Source: a virus (lineage: Duplodnaviria; Caudoviricetes). From it: a stretch of DNA of 54,150 nt. The stretch is taken from positions 1-54,150 of IMG/VR virus record IMGVR_UViG_3300027752_000024; one strand, given 5' to 3'. The notes beneath the pieces are model-generated. The model did no database searches. It saw only the letters and a list, made by a program, of their open reading frames with translations, and had not been told where the DNA came from. This document shows positions 29,133 through 37,689 of this stretch, one piece after another. Position numbers and translations under genes: made by a program. Numbering within the stretch: the stretch's first letter is position 1; each line of letters starts with the position of its first letter.

Positions 29133-30340
29133 TACCAGATTCCGTCTAGTTCAGGAAACACATCCAGTAAACTTTCTTGCCGCAATCTATCGATACGCTG
29201 TGTTTTAAACTTAAACATTTTTATTTCATCTGTGCGATCTTTTTCCATAAAGTTTAAAATACTCTCGTAATCGCTAATAACTGATTTAATATTGTCAAAC
29301 TGTTTTAAGTAAGAAATGTGTTCTGCATATCTTTTTGCTACTTGAGATTTAATCCACGGCGGCAATATACTCAATCTCATGTAAGAAGGATCCAATAAAA
29401 TGTTGATGCGAATGTTCTGCGGTTCTAGTAATCCTTCTTCTATCCATTCTTTGTGGAAATCAGGTAGGTTAAGCACGTTGTACACGCTTACAGTAGGCGT
29501 TAGCTCAAAATATACGTGTGGACACTGCTCAATCATATCTCTACGGTTTTGCACCACCTGTGACCATACCATGTTCTTACGCAAGTATTCACCGCGAGCA
29601 TGATTTGCATCCAAGCTACCGGCCACTCTTACGTGTTCAAACTTGTTCCAGTATTCAAATGCTGTTTTGTTTTTGTAATACATTTGTGTAAAGTTAGTGG
29701 TGTAATCCATTTTAACATCGTGCTTGCCCATGGCAATCCACTTGTCAAGTATACGATAGTGCTCTTGTGTAATCAACGGTTCGCCACCTGCCCAGTATAC
29801 TCTTTCAACACTGTCCAGCAATGGCTCAAGTTCGTCCATAAAGTTTAACATATCGTCACGCACTTTTAGTATCTTGCCATGCGGCAGTTCACCGTATATT
29901 GCTTTATGATCTTCAAACCAGCTACTACTAAACTGTGGCCCGCAACTACGACACTTTAAGTTACAAAGGTTACTAAAGCGTATGTCCATGTATGCCATGT
30001 TTACATCACCAGCACTGCCGTCGTCGCTTGTGCTTTCAACTTTGTCCCAATGATGCATATAGTTTTCTATACTGCTGTTACGCAGTGTACTCATACCGTT
30101 GTCTTCTAGTTCATAGCAACGTCTACATTCTTTGCTGGGCGTGTCTTCCAACATGTTAAGACGCAACTGCCGCATTTCTGGGCCGTTCCAAATGTCTTGC
30201 AATGTTTGATCTTGTGTATTTCCTACAGGATGATCTGGATCACTCATGCAGCAAGGATATGTAGTTCCAGCAGGCCACAAATGCATGTGCGTCCACGGCA
30301 TCATGCAAAAATGCTTGCTTTGTTTTAAATCGTTAGACAT
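29132..30340 (-). CDS. Radical SAM protein with N-terminal twitch/SPASM-like domain
   Basis: CMMPW..PCC..CRRC, CNLKCRSC, AGGEP, YTTN. Confidence 0.9.
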   Translation of the reverse strand: MSNDLKQSKHFCMMPWTHMHLWPAGTTYPCCMSDPDHPVGNTQDQTLQDIWNGPEMRQLRLNMLEDTPSKECRRCYELEDNGMSTLRNSSIENYMHHWDKVESTSDDGSAGDVNMAYMDIRFSNLCNLKCRSCGPQFSSSWFEDHKAIYGELPHGKILKVRDDMLNFMDELEPLLDSVERVYWAGGEPLITQEHYRILDKWIAMGKHDVKMDYTTNFTQMYYKNKTAFEYWNKFEHVRVAGSLDANHARGEYLRKNMVWSQVVQNRRDMIEQCPHVYFELTPTVSVYNVLNLPDFHKEWIEEGLLEPQNIRINILLDPSYMRLSILPPWIKSQVAKRYAEHISYLKQFDNIKSVISDYESILNFMEKDRTDEIKMFKFKTQRIDRLRQESLLDVFPELDGIW

Positions 30341-31544
30341 ATAAATCCTTTAGCTCTGGAAACACGTTGAGAAAGTTTTCTCCACGTTTCAGATCCATTT
30401 TCTGCATCTCCATCCTAAAAGCTGGAATCAAGTTGCTGTCATCACTATTGTACATGAAGTTTATAATATTGTCAATACCTTCATGTAGAAACTGTTTGCG
30501 CTGTGGATACATGTCTATTGCATCAATGTCCTGTTTTAACAACACCAAATTTTCTTTTGCAATGTCTTTTAAGTGTGCAGGTAATATTGTTATACTCAGC
30601 CAGTCTGGCCCGACTAATAGGTTGCTGAGATTGATATCGTAGTCGGTGGGTATGTTGTGTTCAAACAAGAAGTTAATAATCTTACGCAAGTCTAATATGT
30701 TTAATACACTGATAGTAGGATTAGGTTGTATGATTACACCTTTGTCATAACTGTGTTCAAAGTTATCACGTATCCAGCACAAGTTATCAAATACTGTACT
30801 CCACTTTTGTCCATTGCGTGTGTACTCGGCTTTGGCACCAATTTGGTCACAGCTTACACAGAAGAATATCTTATCAAAATGCTGCCAATACTTTTGTATG
30901 TGCTTGCCTTTTAAACTTAATCTACTGGCGTTACTGTTGTATGTTAATCTCGGTTTGAGTCCACGCTCTATAAGCATATCTAGCAGTCTGTAATGCTGCT
31001 CCATAAACAGGCTTTCGCCGCCAGTAAAATAAACTTCTTCAATAGTGGGCAACATTTCTTCAATCTCAGCCCACATTGCTGGATGATTGATTTCAACAAC
31101 TTCAGGCTTGCCAACAGTGTCTTCTGCCCACTTGCTGCTGAAATGAGGCCCACAACTACGACACTTCATGTTGCATAGATTACTAAACCTTACATCAAAG
31201 TATGCAAGATTCATTTGTTCTACACTACCATCATCGGCTGTTGTTTCTACTATGTCGTAATGATGGTCGTATTCGGTGTTGAACTTGTGTCTGTAACTGA
31301 TAATACCCTGGTCGTCATAGTTGGTACACTTTTTACATCCTTCGCTTGGTTCGTTGTTTAACATACGCATACGCAAGTCACGCATCTTTTCACTGTTCCA
31401 AGCACCTTTGAACCCAGCTTCGTTGATGTTACCAGTGGGCATATCCCAGTGATATATACAACAAGGATACGCATCGCCGTTTTGCCATACGCTCATGTGT
31501 GTCCATGGAGCCATACAAAAATGTTTTTTAAATTCTCTACTCAA
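30333..31544 (-). CDS. Radical SAM protein with N-terminal twitch/SPASM-like domain
   Basis: CMAPW..PCC..CKKC, CNMKCRSC, TGGES, YNSN. Confidence 0.9.
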   Translation of the reverse strand: MSREFKKHFCMAPWTHMSVWQNGDAYPCCIYHWDMPTGNINEAGFKGAWNSEKMRDLRMRMLNNEPSEGCKKCTNYDDQGIISYRHKFNTEYDHHYDIVETTADDGSVEQMNLAYFDVRFSNLCNMKCRSCGPHFSSKWAEDTVGKPEVVEINHPAMWAEIEEMLPTIEEVYFTGGESLFMEQHYRLLDMLIERGLKPRLTYNSNASRLSLKGKHIQKYWQHFDKIFFCVSCDQIGAKAEYTRNGQKWSTVFDNLCWIRDNFEHSYDKGVIIQPNPTISVLNILDLRKIINFLFEHNIPTDYDINLSNLLVGPDWLSITILPAHLKDIAKENLVLLKQDIDAIDMYPQRKQFLHEGIDNIINFMYNSDDSNLIPAFRMEMQKMDLKRGENFLNVFPELKDLYV

Positions 31545-32721
31545 TGTTGACTACTGCTTCTATAAGATTGTCTGTTATGTCATTCCAACTAATCTTACGT
31601 GAAAGGAACAACTGTTGGTTATGTAATAATTTATCATAATATTTTCGTCTGACGGTCCGTTTTAATACATCAATGTCATAGTTTTTAATATGTTTCCACA
31701 TTGCTTGTGCTTCAACAAAATTTGTAACTTTGTTAACACCGAACAAGTCTTCAAACGTATGATACCCACGTTCTCGTAATAGTTCGTGCTGCTGCGGATT
31801 ACCTATAATAAAGAATGGATGTAGATTCATAATAGCTTTATAAGTTTTTTCTGTTATAAAGTTTTTATGAGTGTCGCTTTCTGTAACTACACTTAATATA
31901 CTATCTTCGTAATATGGTTTAATGCTGTCGCCATAGTTGATAACAAACTGCGTGTGCAATGTATCTAACTTTCTTGGACGCATTTCTCTAAGAAGTGCTA
32001 ACTTATAATCTTTATGCAACTCTTCAGGAATACGATCTATTACAGAATGTCTACGAGCAACATCTTCAAACTCACGGCGACCCACAGCAGGCAAGTTAAA
32101 GCTAACATGTCCTTCGTCTAATACATCACTTCTTAACAAACTATACATCAACCATATACGATGTGGTTTGATATTTCTATTCAAACACAGAAACTTTTTA
32201 GTTGCTGCTCTAACAGTAGGTTTACTAGTAAATGAGATATCAGGAAGTACTTGGTGGTGTAGTCTAGTAATACTTTCCCAAAAGTTAACACTAACATACT
32301 TTACACCATGTATTATCCTATTGTGAGCATCTCTGTCGCTGCACATTACAACAACTTTGTGTAATGGTATGTTTTTACTTCTAAGCTCTTGTTCTAGTTT
32401 GTCCGGTGACATTCTACATTCCAGCACACTTGACAAACATAGATATACACTAGGATCGTTGTTTAATAAATCAATACTGGCTTGTGAAATATGTATGTCT
32501 GTGTTTCCAGGCATGTGAATATGATCAAAAATAAACTTAGGGACGTTTGCTGGCAATAGACTTAGTTGGTTTATATGGAAGAAGTTTCGGAATGAGAAGT
32601 CGTCCCAGTGTCCAAGAAGGTAACTTAGCTGGATAGATCCGTTGTTATGTCCAAAAGTCAGTGTAACATCACCGTGTGGTGATGGAAACACATTATCTAA
32701 TAAAAAATAGCATTTATACAT
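31537..32721 (-). CDS. Hypothetical protein, possibly a GT-B fold glycosyltransferase (GT10-like C-terminus)
   Basis: KKFLCLNR..KPHR and VVTES..FITEKTYKAI..HPFFIIG, which resembles the fucosyltransferase-type ITEK motif. Confidence 0.55.
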   Translation of the reverse strand: MYKCYFLLDNVFPSPHGDVTLTFGHNNGSIQLSYLLGHWDDFSFRNFFHINQLSLLPANVPKFIFDHIHMPGNTDIHISQASIDLLNNDPSVYLCLSSVLECRMSPDKLEQELRSKNIPLHKVVVMCSDRDAHNRIIHGVKYVSVNFWESITRLHHQVLPDISFTSKPTVRAATKKFLCLNRNIKPHRIWLMYSLLRSDVLDEGHVSFNLPAVGRREFEDVARRHSVIDRIPEELHKDYKLALLREMRPRKLDTLHTQFVINYGDSIKPYYEDSILSVVTESDTHKNFITEKTYKAIMNLHPFFIIGNPQQHELLRERGYHTFEDLFGVNKVTNFVEAQAMWKHIKNYDIDVLKRTVRRKYYDKLLHNQQLFLSRKISWNDITDNLIEAVVNIE

Positions 32722-32727
32722 TCTTAT

Positions 32728-32756
32728 ATAATACTACAGATTTTATTTTTTAGCAA
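32728..32756 (-). promoter_or_regulatory. Sigma70-like promoter for the radical SAM operon, probably giving leaderless mRNA
   Basis: TTGCTA-N17-TATTAT. The ATG lies only 6 nt downstream of the -10 element, with no SD. Confidence 0.5.
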
Positions 32757-33330
32757 GAAGTTTTTCGCGGTGTGGATCTAAATACTTTTTAACTAGATCA
32801 AAGAATGTTACATTCTCGCCTGGAATATCAACTACAGTATCAGCAGGAACGCCTGCTGCTTTGCCAAATGCTTCTGGATTGTCATCTAACACTGCTTGAC
32901 GGAGATCAGTAGCACTTGCAAGTCTTGGGGGCTTTACCCATTCTATGTCTTTGAAGTTGTAACTACCGTGCGGGCCTTCTGCACCATTATACTGTTGTAT
33001 AGTTTTAGGAACCCATGCTTCGTCTGTGTAAAGTTTTAATGTAGCATCAGGATGCTTTGCATATAGCTCACTAGCAAGTGTTAGCCAACTTTGGCTGAAT
33101 ACAATATGTCCTTTTACTTCAGGCCAAATAGTTTCCATTGCAACAACTTTTGCTTGCGCTGGCAATGGATCTTTAGGACCAACTGTGCTTTGATTAGTAC
33201 CTACATACCAGTGTGTTTCTCGGCTAGCCATTTCCCACGCATTTTTGTGACCTTTGTGTGGAGGATTAAATCTTCCAAATATAAGTCCTACACTTTCGCC
33301 TGGTGCTTCAAATAGTTGTCTTAGTCTCAT
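32743..33330 (-). CDS. HIGH-motif nucleotidyltransferase (cytidyltransferase/NMNAT-like)
   Basis: FGRFNPPHKGH, KDPLP and SATDLR motifs. Start moved to MRLRQLFE (ATGA coupling). Confidence 0.8.
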   Translation of the reverse strand: MRLRQLFEAPGESVGLIFGRFNPPHKGHKNAWEMASRETHWYVGTNQSTVGPKDPLPAQAKVVAMETIWPEVKGHIVFSQSWLTLASELYAKHPDATLKLYTDEAWVPKTIQQYNGAEGPHGSYNFKDIEWVKPPRLASATDLRQAVLDDNPEAFGKAAGVPADTVVDIPGENVTFFDLVKKYLDPHREKLLAKK

Positions 33331-34454
33331 GCCGGTGTCCACCTTTTTCTTGGAACAAGTTTTACGTTGCCAAACTTTTTATTAGGGTCTGCATAACGTA
33401 CCCGGCCTTCACCGTTGGTATCCCAAATGTCACCTTGTTCACCTTCTACTTGATCAATAACTTCGTCTTTCATACGCTGAATCATTTTAACTAGTTCAAA
33501 TATTGCACTTGTTGCACCTTTGTACTGTAAATCTATCTCTGCAATCTTTGCTTGTTTTCCTACACTAACTTTACTATTTTGTAGCCAAGCAGAAAAGTCT
33601 TTTGCACTCAAACTATCCAAACGTTTTGCTTTTGCAGTTTGGTTAACATATGTGTAAATAATATTCTTTAAATCAGCAAGTCCAGGAACGCCTGCTAAAA
33701 ATCCATCAATGGCTGCTTTATTCTGTGATACAAAGTTTTCCACAGCATCAATCGCCCCTGTATTAACAGCGACCGGTTTACTGTTATAAACTGGACCTAA
33801 TACAACAATACTAGGATCATTATCAAACATACTAAAGTCTTGCATAGGCTGTTGACTACTATCTGGCATACCGAACTGTGGGAAGAAAGCGTGTCCGACT
33901 ATCATAATAGTAGCACGGTCTATACGCTTGCCTAGATCACTGTTTGCTTTAACATGGTAGCATGTTTGTGAGTTAGGATTTGGACAGAATGTATATACTC
34001 CATCTTTTTGTTCAGGCGGATCTAAAAATAATCCATCTGCATAAACAAACCCTACAAAGTCTCTCGGAGTTGCTCTATCAAAATAATCATACATACTTGC
34101 AAACTTTTGCGCAAACTGGTCTCTTGCTGTTTTTTCTTCTGGTGTCTTAGGATTGCCACTTTTGTTAGAAATAAAGTCCGCCACTTCTTCTTGACTGGTA
34201 GCCGCTACACCCTTACTCCATGCGTTGTGTCCTGCAAGTATAAGCGGTCCACCTTTGCGCTCACGGCCCCAATATATTTGAGGATTGCCATCCCACTTCA
34301 TACGTATACTTTGGCTTCCGCTATCTGTAGCAATGTCTTTGAGATGTTCTAATGCTTCAATAGTACCGTCACTACCGTAAAAAAATACCAAGTCTTCTAA
34401 ATGGTTAAATGCGCGGCCAAGTTGTTTGGTTTCGAGTAGTTCTTGGTATCTCAT
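33327..34454 (-). CDS. Phage protein with KxDG motif (DUF6267-like; possibly ligase/capping-type nucleotidyltransferase fold)
   Basis: NHLEDL, MKWDGNPQIYWG, EGRV and KLVPR resemble motifs I, IV and V of covalent nucleotidyltransferases. Confidence 0.65.
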   Translation of the reverse strand: MRYQELLETKQLGRAFNHLEDLVFFYGSDGTIEALEHLKDIATDSGSQSIRMKWDGNPQIYWGRERKGGPLILAGHNAWSKGVAATSQEEVADFISNKSGNPKTPEEKTARDQFAQKFASMYDYFDRATPRDFVGFVYADGLFLDPPEQKDGVYTFCPNPNSQTCYHVKANSDLGKRIDRATIMIVGHAFFPQFGMPDSSQQPMQDFSMFDNDPSIVVLGPVYNSKPVAVNTGAIDAVENFVSQNKAAIDGFLAGVPGLADLKNIIYTYVNQTAKAKRLDSLSAKDFSAWLQNSKVSVGKQAKIAEIDLQYKGATSAIFELVKMIQRMKDEVIDQVEGEQGDIWDTNGEGRVRYADPNKKFGNVKLVPRKRWTPA

Positions 34455-35185
34455 CTAGTCATTGCCCTCATTAGTTCAACTAATCTATTGTGATTTTTAT
34501 CAGCTAGTGATTCGGCTACTTTGGTCCAGTTAGGATCTTGCTCTGCACGTTGGAGTGCTTGCTCAGGATTAGGAACTTTCTTTAATATAGTTTCTACACT
34601 TTCTAAGTCACTAGCACTGGCGCTGCTGCTGAGTATAAGTTGTGCAACTTTGTTAACATCGTTTGTAAGAAGTTGTGCTTTTTTACCATTTTCGTCCTTG
34701 GCAAATAATCCTTGGAACGCACTCCAAAACATATTCTTATCTTTGGCAAGCATATACAATAGTAACTGTTTGTGTTTGCCTTTGTAAGGACTACCTGTTG
34801 GAATGTTGTGTGTATGAAACTGTGCTACACTGCTTGCACCCGGCACAACCATAATATCAACTTGATGGCTGTTGTTGCCGGCTTTGGCTCTTACGTGTAC
34901 GTTAACACCTTTTTGTGCTGTTTCAAAGCCTTTTTGTGCAATGTAGTCATTGAGCATTCTACGTGCATCTTTTGGAGTACGCACATCAAAATAATCCATT
35001 ACTGCTGCTTCGTCAACAATAACATCTAAGTCGCCACTTGTTTTACCTGGAGTTGGAGTTGCTGCACTACCTACAGGAATAGCTTCAATGCCTGTTCCTT
35101 CTAGACTGCTGTTAACTGTTTTAAGAATCTCTTCGATTGCACTGTGATCAAAATCACTGGTGCCCTGAAACACATTACCACCCAT
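34451..35185 (-). CDS. Pol-beta superfamily nucleotidyltransferase-like protein
   Basis: MGGNVF start, VGS..SGDLDVIVD (GS...DxD) and QVDIM (third Asp). Confidence 0.65.
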   Translation of the reverse strand: MGGNVFQGTSDFDHSAIEEILKTVNSSLEGTGIEAIPVGSAATPTPGKTSGDLDVIVDEAAVMDYFDVRTPKDARRMLNDYIAQKGFETAQKGVNVHVRAKAGNNSHQVDIMVVPGASSVAQFHTHNIPTGSPYKGKHKQLLLYMLAKDKNMFWSAFQGLFAKDENGKKAQLLTNDVNKVAQLILSSSASASDLESVETILKKVPNPEQALQRAEQDPNWTKVAESLADKNHNRLVELMRAMTR

Positions 35186-35189
35186 AGTA

Positions 35190-35669
35190 TTAACTCCTTG
35201 ATAATGTATTTAGTATCTTTTGCTTAACATCATCGTAAGACTCGTCTTTGATACTTAGCTTAAACAGTATACGATCTTCTGTGCTGTTGTCAACCGAATG
35301 TTTGATACTGGTGTTTAATAATGCTGTGGTATAGTAGTATTCATTCTTGCCAAAGTTTACAGGTGCAGGGTTGCCACTTAACAAGAAGTTGATGCTGCAA
35401 GTTGTATCTTGATCTATGTGAGGAAGTAGAGTTGTATTAGCATGTAATATATAAAACTTTGATACTGCATTGATATTAAAATGTCTTGCTAACGTATCTG
35501 CATATGCTAACTCAATATCGGTTACTATACGCCAGTTGTTCATAGCATACTTGCCAAAGCGTTTGTCGGTGTACGGCATGGAATGTTGTTTGTGTTCGTT
35601 CCAATAGTCTAACAAACATTGTTTGTCAAAATCAAAATTAAAAACTAATATGTCATTGTTGTTTATCAC
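35190..35669 (-). CDS. 2OG-Fe(II)/cupin-like oxygenase
   Basis: LLPHIDQD (HxD), SINF, KHSVDN and R motifs. Confidence 0.55.
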   Translation of the reverse strand: MINNNDILVFNFDFDKQCLLDYWNEHKQHSMPYTDKRFGKYAMNNWRIVTDIELAYADTLARHFNINAVSKFYILHANTTLLPHIDQDTTCSINFLLSGNPAPVNFGKNEYYYTTALLNTSIKHSVDNSTEDRILFKLSIKDESYDDVKQKILNTLSRS

Positions 35670-35896
35670 GACTTTTTGATTGTCCTATGCATACCTTCTG
35701 GCGAATGAATAGCATTGATAAGATCGTTAAACATATCTGTTGATATTTCAAGTATACTGTGTATTTCAAGTTCGTTGTCGTACTGACGTATATAAACAAC
35801 ATCATCAAACGCATCAATAATTAAATCGTCGTATAGACCAGTTTCGTCCATTACAGTAATAGTTGTTAAGTCGTGATCAAACTCATTTGTAAACAT
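35666..35896 (-). CDS. Hypothetical acidic protein
   Basis: 76-aa ORF overlapping both neighbours. Confidence 0.55.
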   Translation of the reverse strand: MFTNEFDHDLTTITVMDETGLYDDLIIDAFDDVVYIRQYDNELEIHSILEISTDMFNDLINAIHSPEGMHRTIKKS

Positions 35897-36881
35897 TTGT
35901 ATCGTTATCCTTATATTTTGTAATCATTACTTCATCTATAGTATGGCATTCTTGTTGGTTGCATACCGTAAACTCATCTTTAAAAAGTTTCAAGTTAGGA
36001 TTAAAAATATTTCCTATACTTCCTGTATTGTTACATATGCCATACTGGACATTTCCATTAGCTTGTATTACTATCTTTTTATTTGTAACAGAACATTTCC
36101 ATCCTTTAAATCTATTTTGATTATTTCTAACAATAGTCGAAGCGTTTGACTCAATGCCGTCTACAGTTACATTTAAATATTCAGGAGTACTATGATTGTT
36201 GTCTTTGACTTGTTTAAGTTCTGTAGTTGAAAAGTATCCTAAACTACCATCATCAATAGTTTGCAAATAATGTTCTAAATTTCTACTAGATGCAAAAGTA
36301 GGATTTACTGTATTGGTAGAAGCATCATATAATGGAAAAACAGGAAGTCTAACTACAGGTATACTGTACTCTTTTAACGCAATCTCTAACGCATCAACGC
36401 GATCAAACAGTTTGTTTACCAACATTGCACGTATTTCTACACTGCCGCCGTGTTCTACAATAGTTGATGCTAATTCTACAACATGGGCAATATCAGCACT
36501 TTCTGGATGAAAACTAATCTCCATGTTAATATTCTTAAAACTATTTTTGCATTTCATGTACTGGCTAATAGGCAAACTGCCGTTAGTAAAAACTCCTACT
36601 TTAAAGTCGTTATCGGACATAAAGTTGAACCATTGATGCACTTTGGGAATTAAAAACGGTTCGCCACCTGTAACATACACAAGTACTGTTTTATCTGCAG
36701 GTATGTTATTTCGTATATTTGATGCAGCAGCGATTAAGTCATCTACAATAACAATATTTTTCTTAATAATAGAACGATGATTGCTAGGACTACAATAACT
36801 ACAATCATAGTTACACATATCTAAAGGGCGCCAATGAACAATATAATCTGCATACCAATCGATCTTTTTTATAATATTCAT
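35883..36881 (-). CDS. Radical SAM protein with C-terminal Cys-rich domain
   Basis: CNYDCSYC, TGGEP, FTNG, SFHPE. C-terminal GWKC..C..CNQQEC. Same architecture as 24792..25784. Confidence 0.88.
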   Translation of the reverse strand: MNIIKKIDWYADYIVHWRPLDMCNYDCSYCSPSNHRSIIKKNIVIVDDLIAAASNIRNNIPADKTVLVYVTGGEPFLIPKVHQWFNFMSDNDFKVGVFTNGSLPISQYMKCKNSFKNINMEISFHPESADIAHVVELASTIVEHGGSVEIRAMLVNKLFDRVDALEIALKEYSIPVVRLPVFPLYDASTNTVNPTFASSRNLEHYLQTIDDGSLGYFSTTELKQVKDNNHSTPEYLNVTVDGIESNASTIVRNNQNRFKGWKCSVTNKKIVIQANGNVQYGICNNTGSIGNIFNPNLKLFKDEFTVCNQQECHTIDEVMITKYKDNDTNVYK

Positions 36882-36903
36882 AAAAATACTTATCAACTTG
36901 ATT

Positions 36904-36991
36904 TGGCGGAAGCGGTGGGATTCGAACCCACGGTACCTTGCGGTACTCTAGTTTTCAAGACTAGCGCCTTAAGCCTCTCGGCCACGCTTCC
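36904..36991 (-). tRNA. tRNA-Ser(TGA)
   Basis: Cloverleaf with long variable arm, loop CT-TGA-AA, GTTCGAATC, encoded CCA. Confidence 0.95.
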
Positions 36992-36996
36992 TAGTT

Positions 36997-37070
36997 TGGC
37001 AAGGGTGCTAGGAGTCGAACCCAGGCTTAAGGATTTGGAATCCCACGTGCTACCATAACACTTCACCCCT
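36997..37070 (-). tRNA. tRNA-Trp(CCA)
   Basis: Loop TT-CCA-AA, GTTCGACTC, encoded CCA. Confidence 0.9.
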
Positions 37071-37072
37071 AC

Positions 37073-37277
37073 TGGTGTTACTGTTTGACAACTTAGATAG
37101 AATATTTTATTAATAGTGGTCCGTTAGCCTACACAGAGTGGAAACTGTGCCTTGACCCCTATAACGTTTATCAACGGGCTAAGGGCCATTGTCTCAGGCT
37201 TCCACTGAAGATTTTGTTATAGGATTTATAGTTTCAAGTAGAAGACCGCCACGGACCAACAGCGACACTCTTCTACT
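37073..37277 (-). ncRNA. Candidate structured ncRNA (about 200 nt) inside the tRNA array
   Basis: Nested complementary segments GTGTCGCTGTT/AACAGTAACAC, TGGTCCGT/ACGGACCA, AGTGGAAGC/GTTTCCACT, TGGCCCTTA/TAGGGGTCA. Ends in ACCA. No ORF. Confidence 0.55.
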
Positions 37278-37281
37278 ATTC

Positions 37282-37357
37282 TGGCGGTCTGCACGGGAAT
37301 CGAACCCGTCTCTCTGGCGTGACAGGCCAGTATACTAAACCGATATACTAGCAGACC
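37282..37357 (-). tRNA. tRNA-Asp(GTC)
   Basis: Loop CT-GTC-AC, encoded CCA. Confidence 0.95.
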
Positions 37358-37432
37358 TGGTAGTCCCTAGGGGAGTTGAACCCCTCTTTCAAGGTTGAAA
37401 ACCTCGTGTCCTAACCGATAGACGAAGGGACC
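37358..37432 (-). tRNA. tRNA-Glu(TTC)
   Basis: Loop TT-TTC-AA, encoded CCA. Abuts tRNA-Asp with no spacer. Confidence 0.93.
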
Positions 37433-37437
37433 ATATA

Positions 37438-37522
37438 TGGTATCAATCAAGGAATCGAACCTTACCGCAGTAGTTGACATGACGCCTGTAGTGTCGGTTA
37501 CTGTAGGCAAACCTGCATTGAC
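37438..37522 (-). ncRNA. Atypical tRNA-like RNA
   Basis: Acceptor stem GTCAAT/ATTGAT plus ACCA, canonical T-arm AAGG-TTCGATT-CCTT. The D-arm is minimal and a long interrupted arm replaces the anticodon arm. Confidence 0.65.
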
Positions 37523-37528
37523 ATAGTA

Positions 37529-37679
37529 TAGGCAGGATAAAGTGGCTATACACCAAAGGAGAGCCGGTTAAGGTTGTCCTAAGTCCCTATTCCCTTGGCA
37601 GCGATCAACCTGCCTCACAGTGTAAACATTCACTGTTCCTGTTATGCTCCCTAGCACGAAGCTGTATATGGGTAACAGT
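37529..37679 (-). ncRNA. Candidate structured ncRNA(s) between tRNA-Pro and the tRNA-like RNA
   Basis: Stems CTGTTA/TAACAG, ACAGTG/CACTGT, AGGCAGG/CCTGCCT and GCCAAGGGA/TCCTTTGGT. Confidence 0.45.
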
Positions 37680-37689
37680 GGACTACTTA

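Noticed and set aside
37135-37215. Hammerhead ribozyme suggested by CTGAAGA and GAAA on the plus strand
   Set aside because: The required helices do not flank the core in the right arrangement, and the array is transcribed from the other strand.
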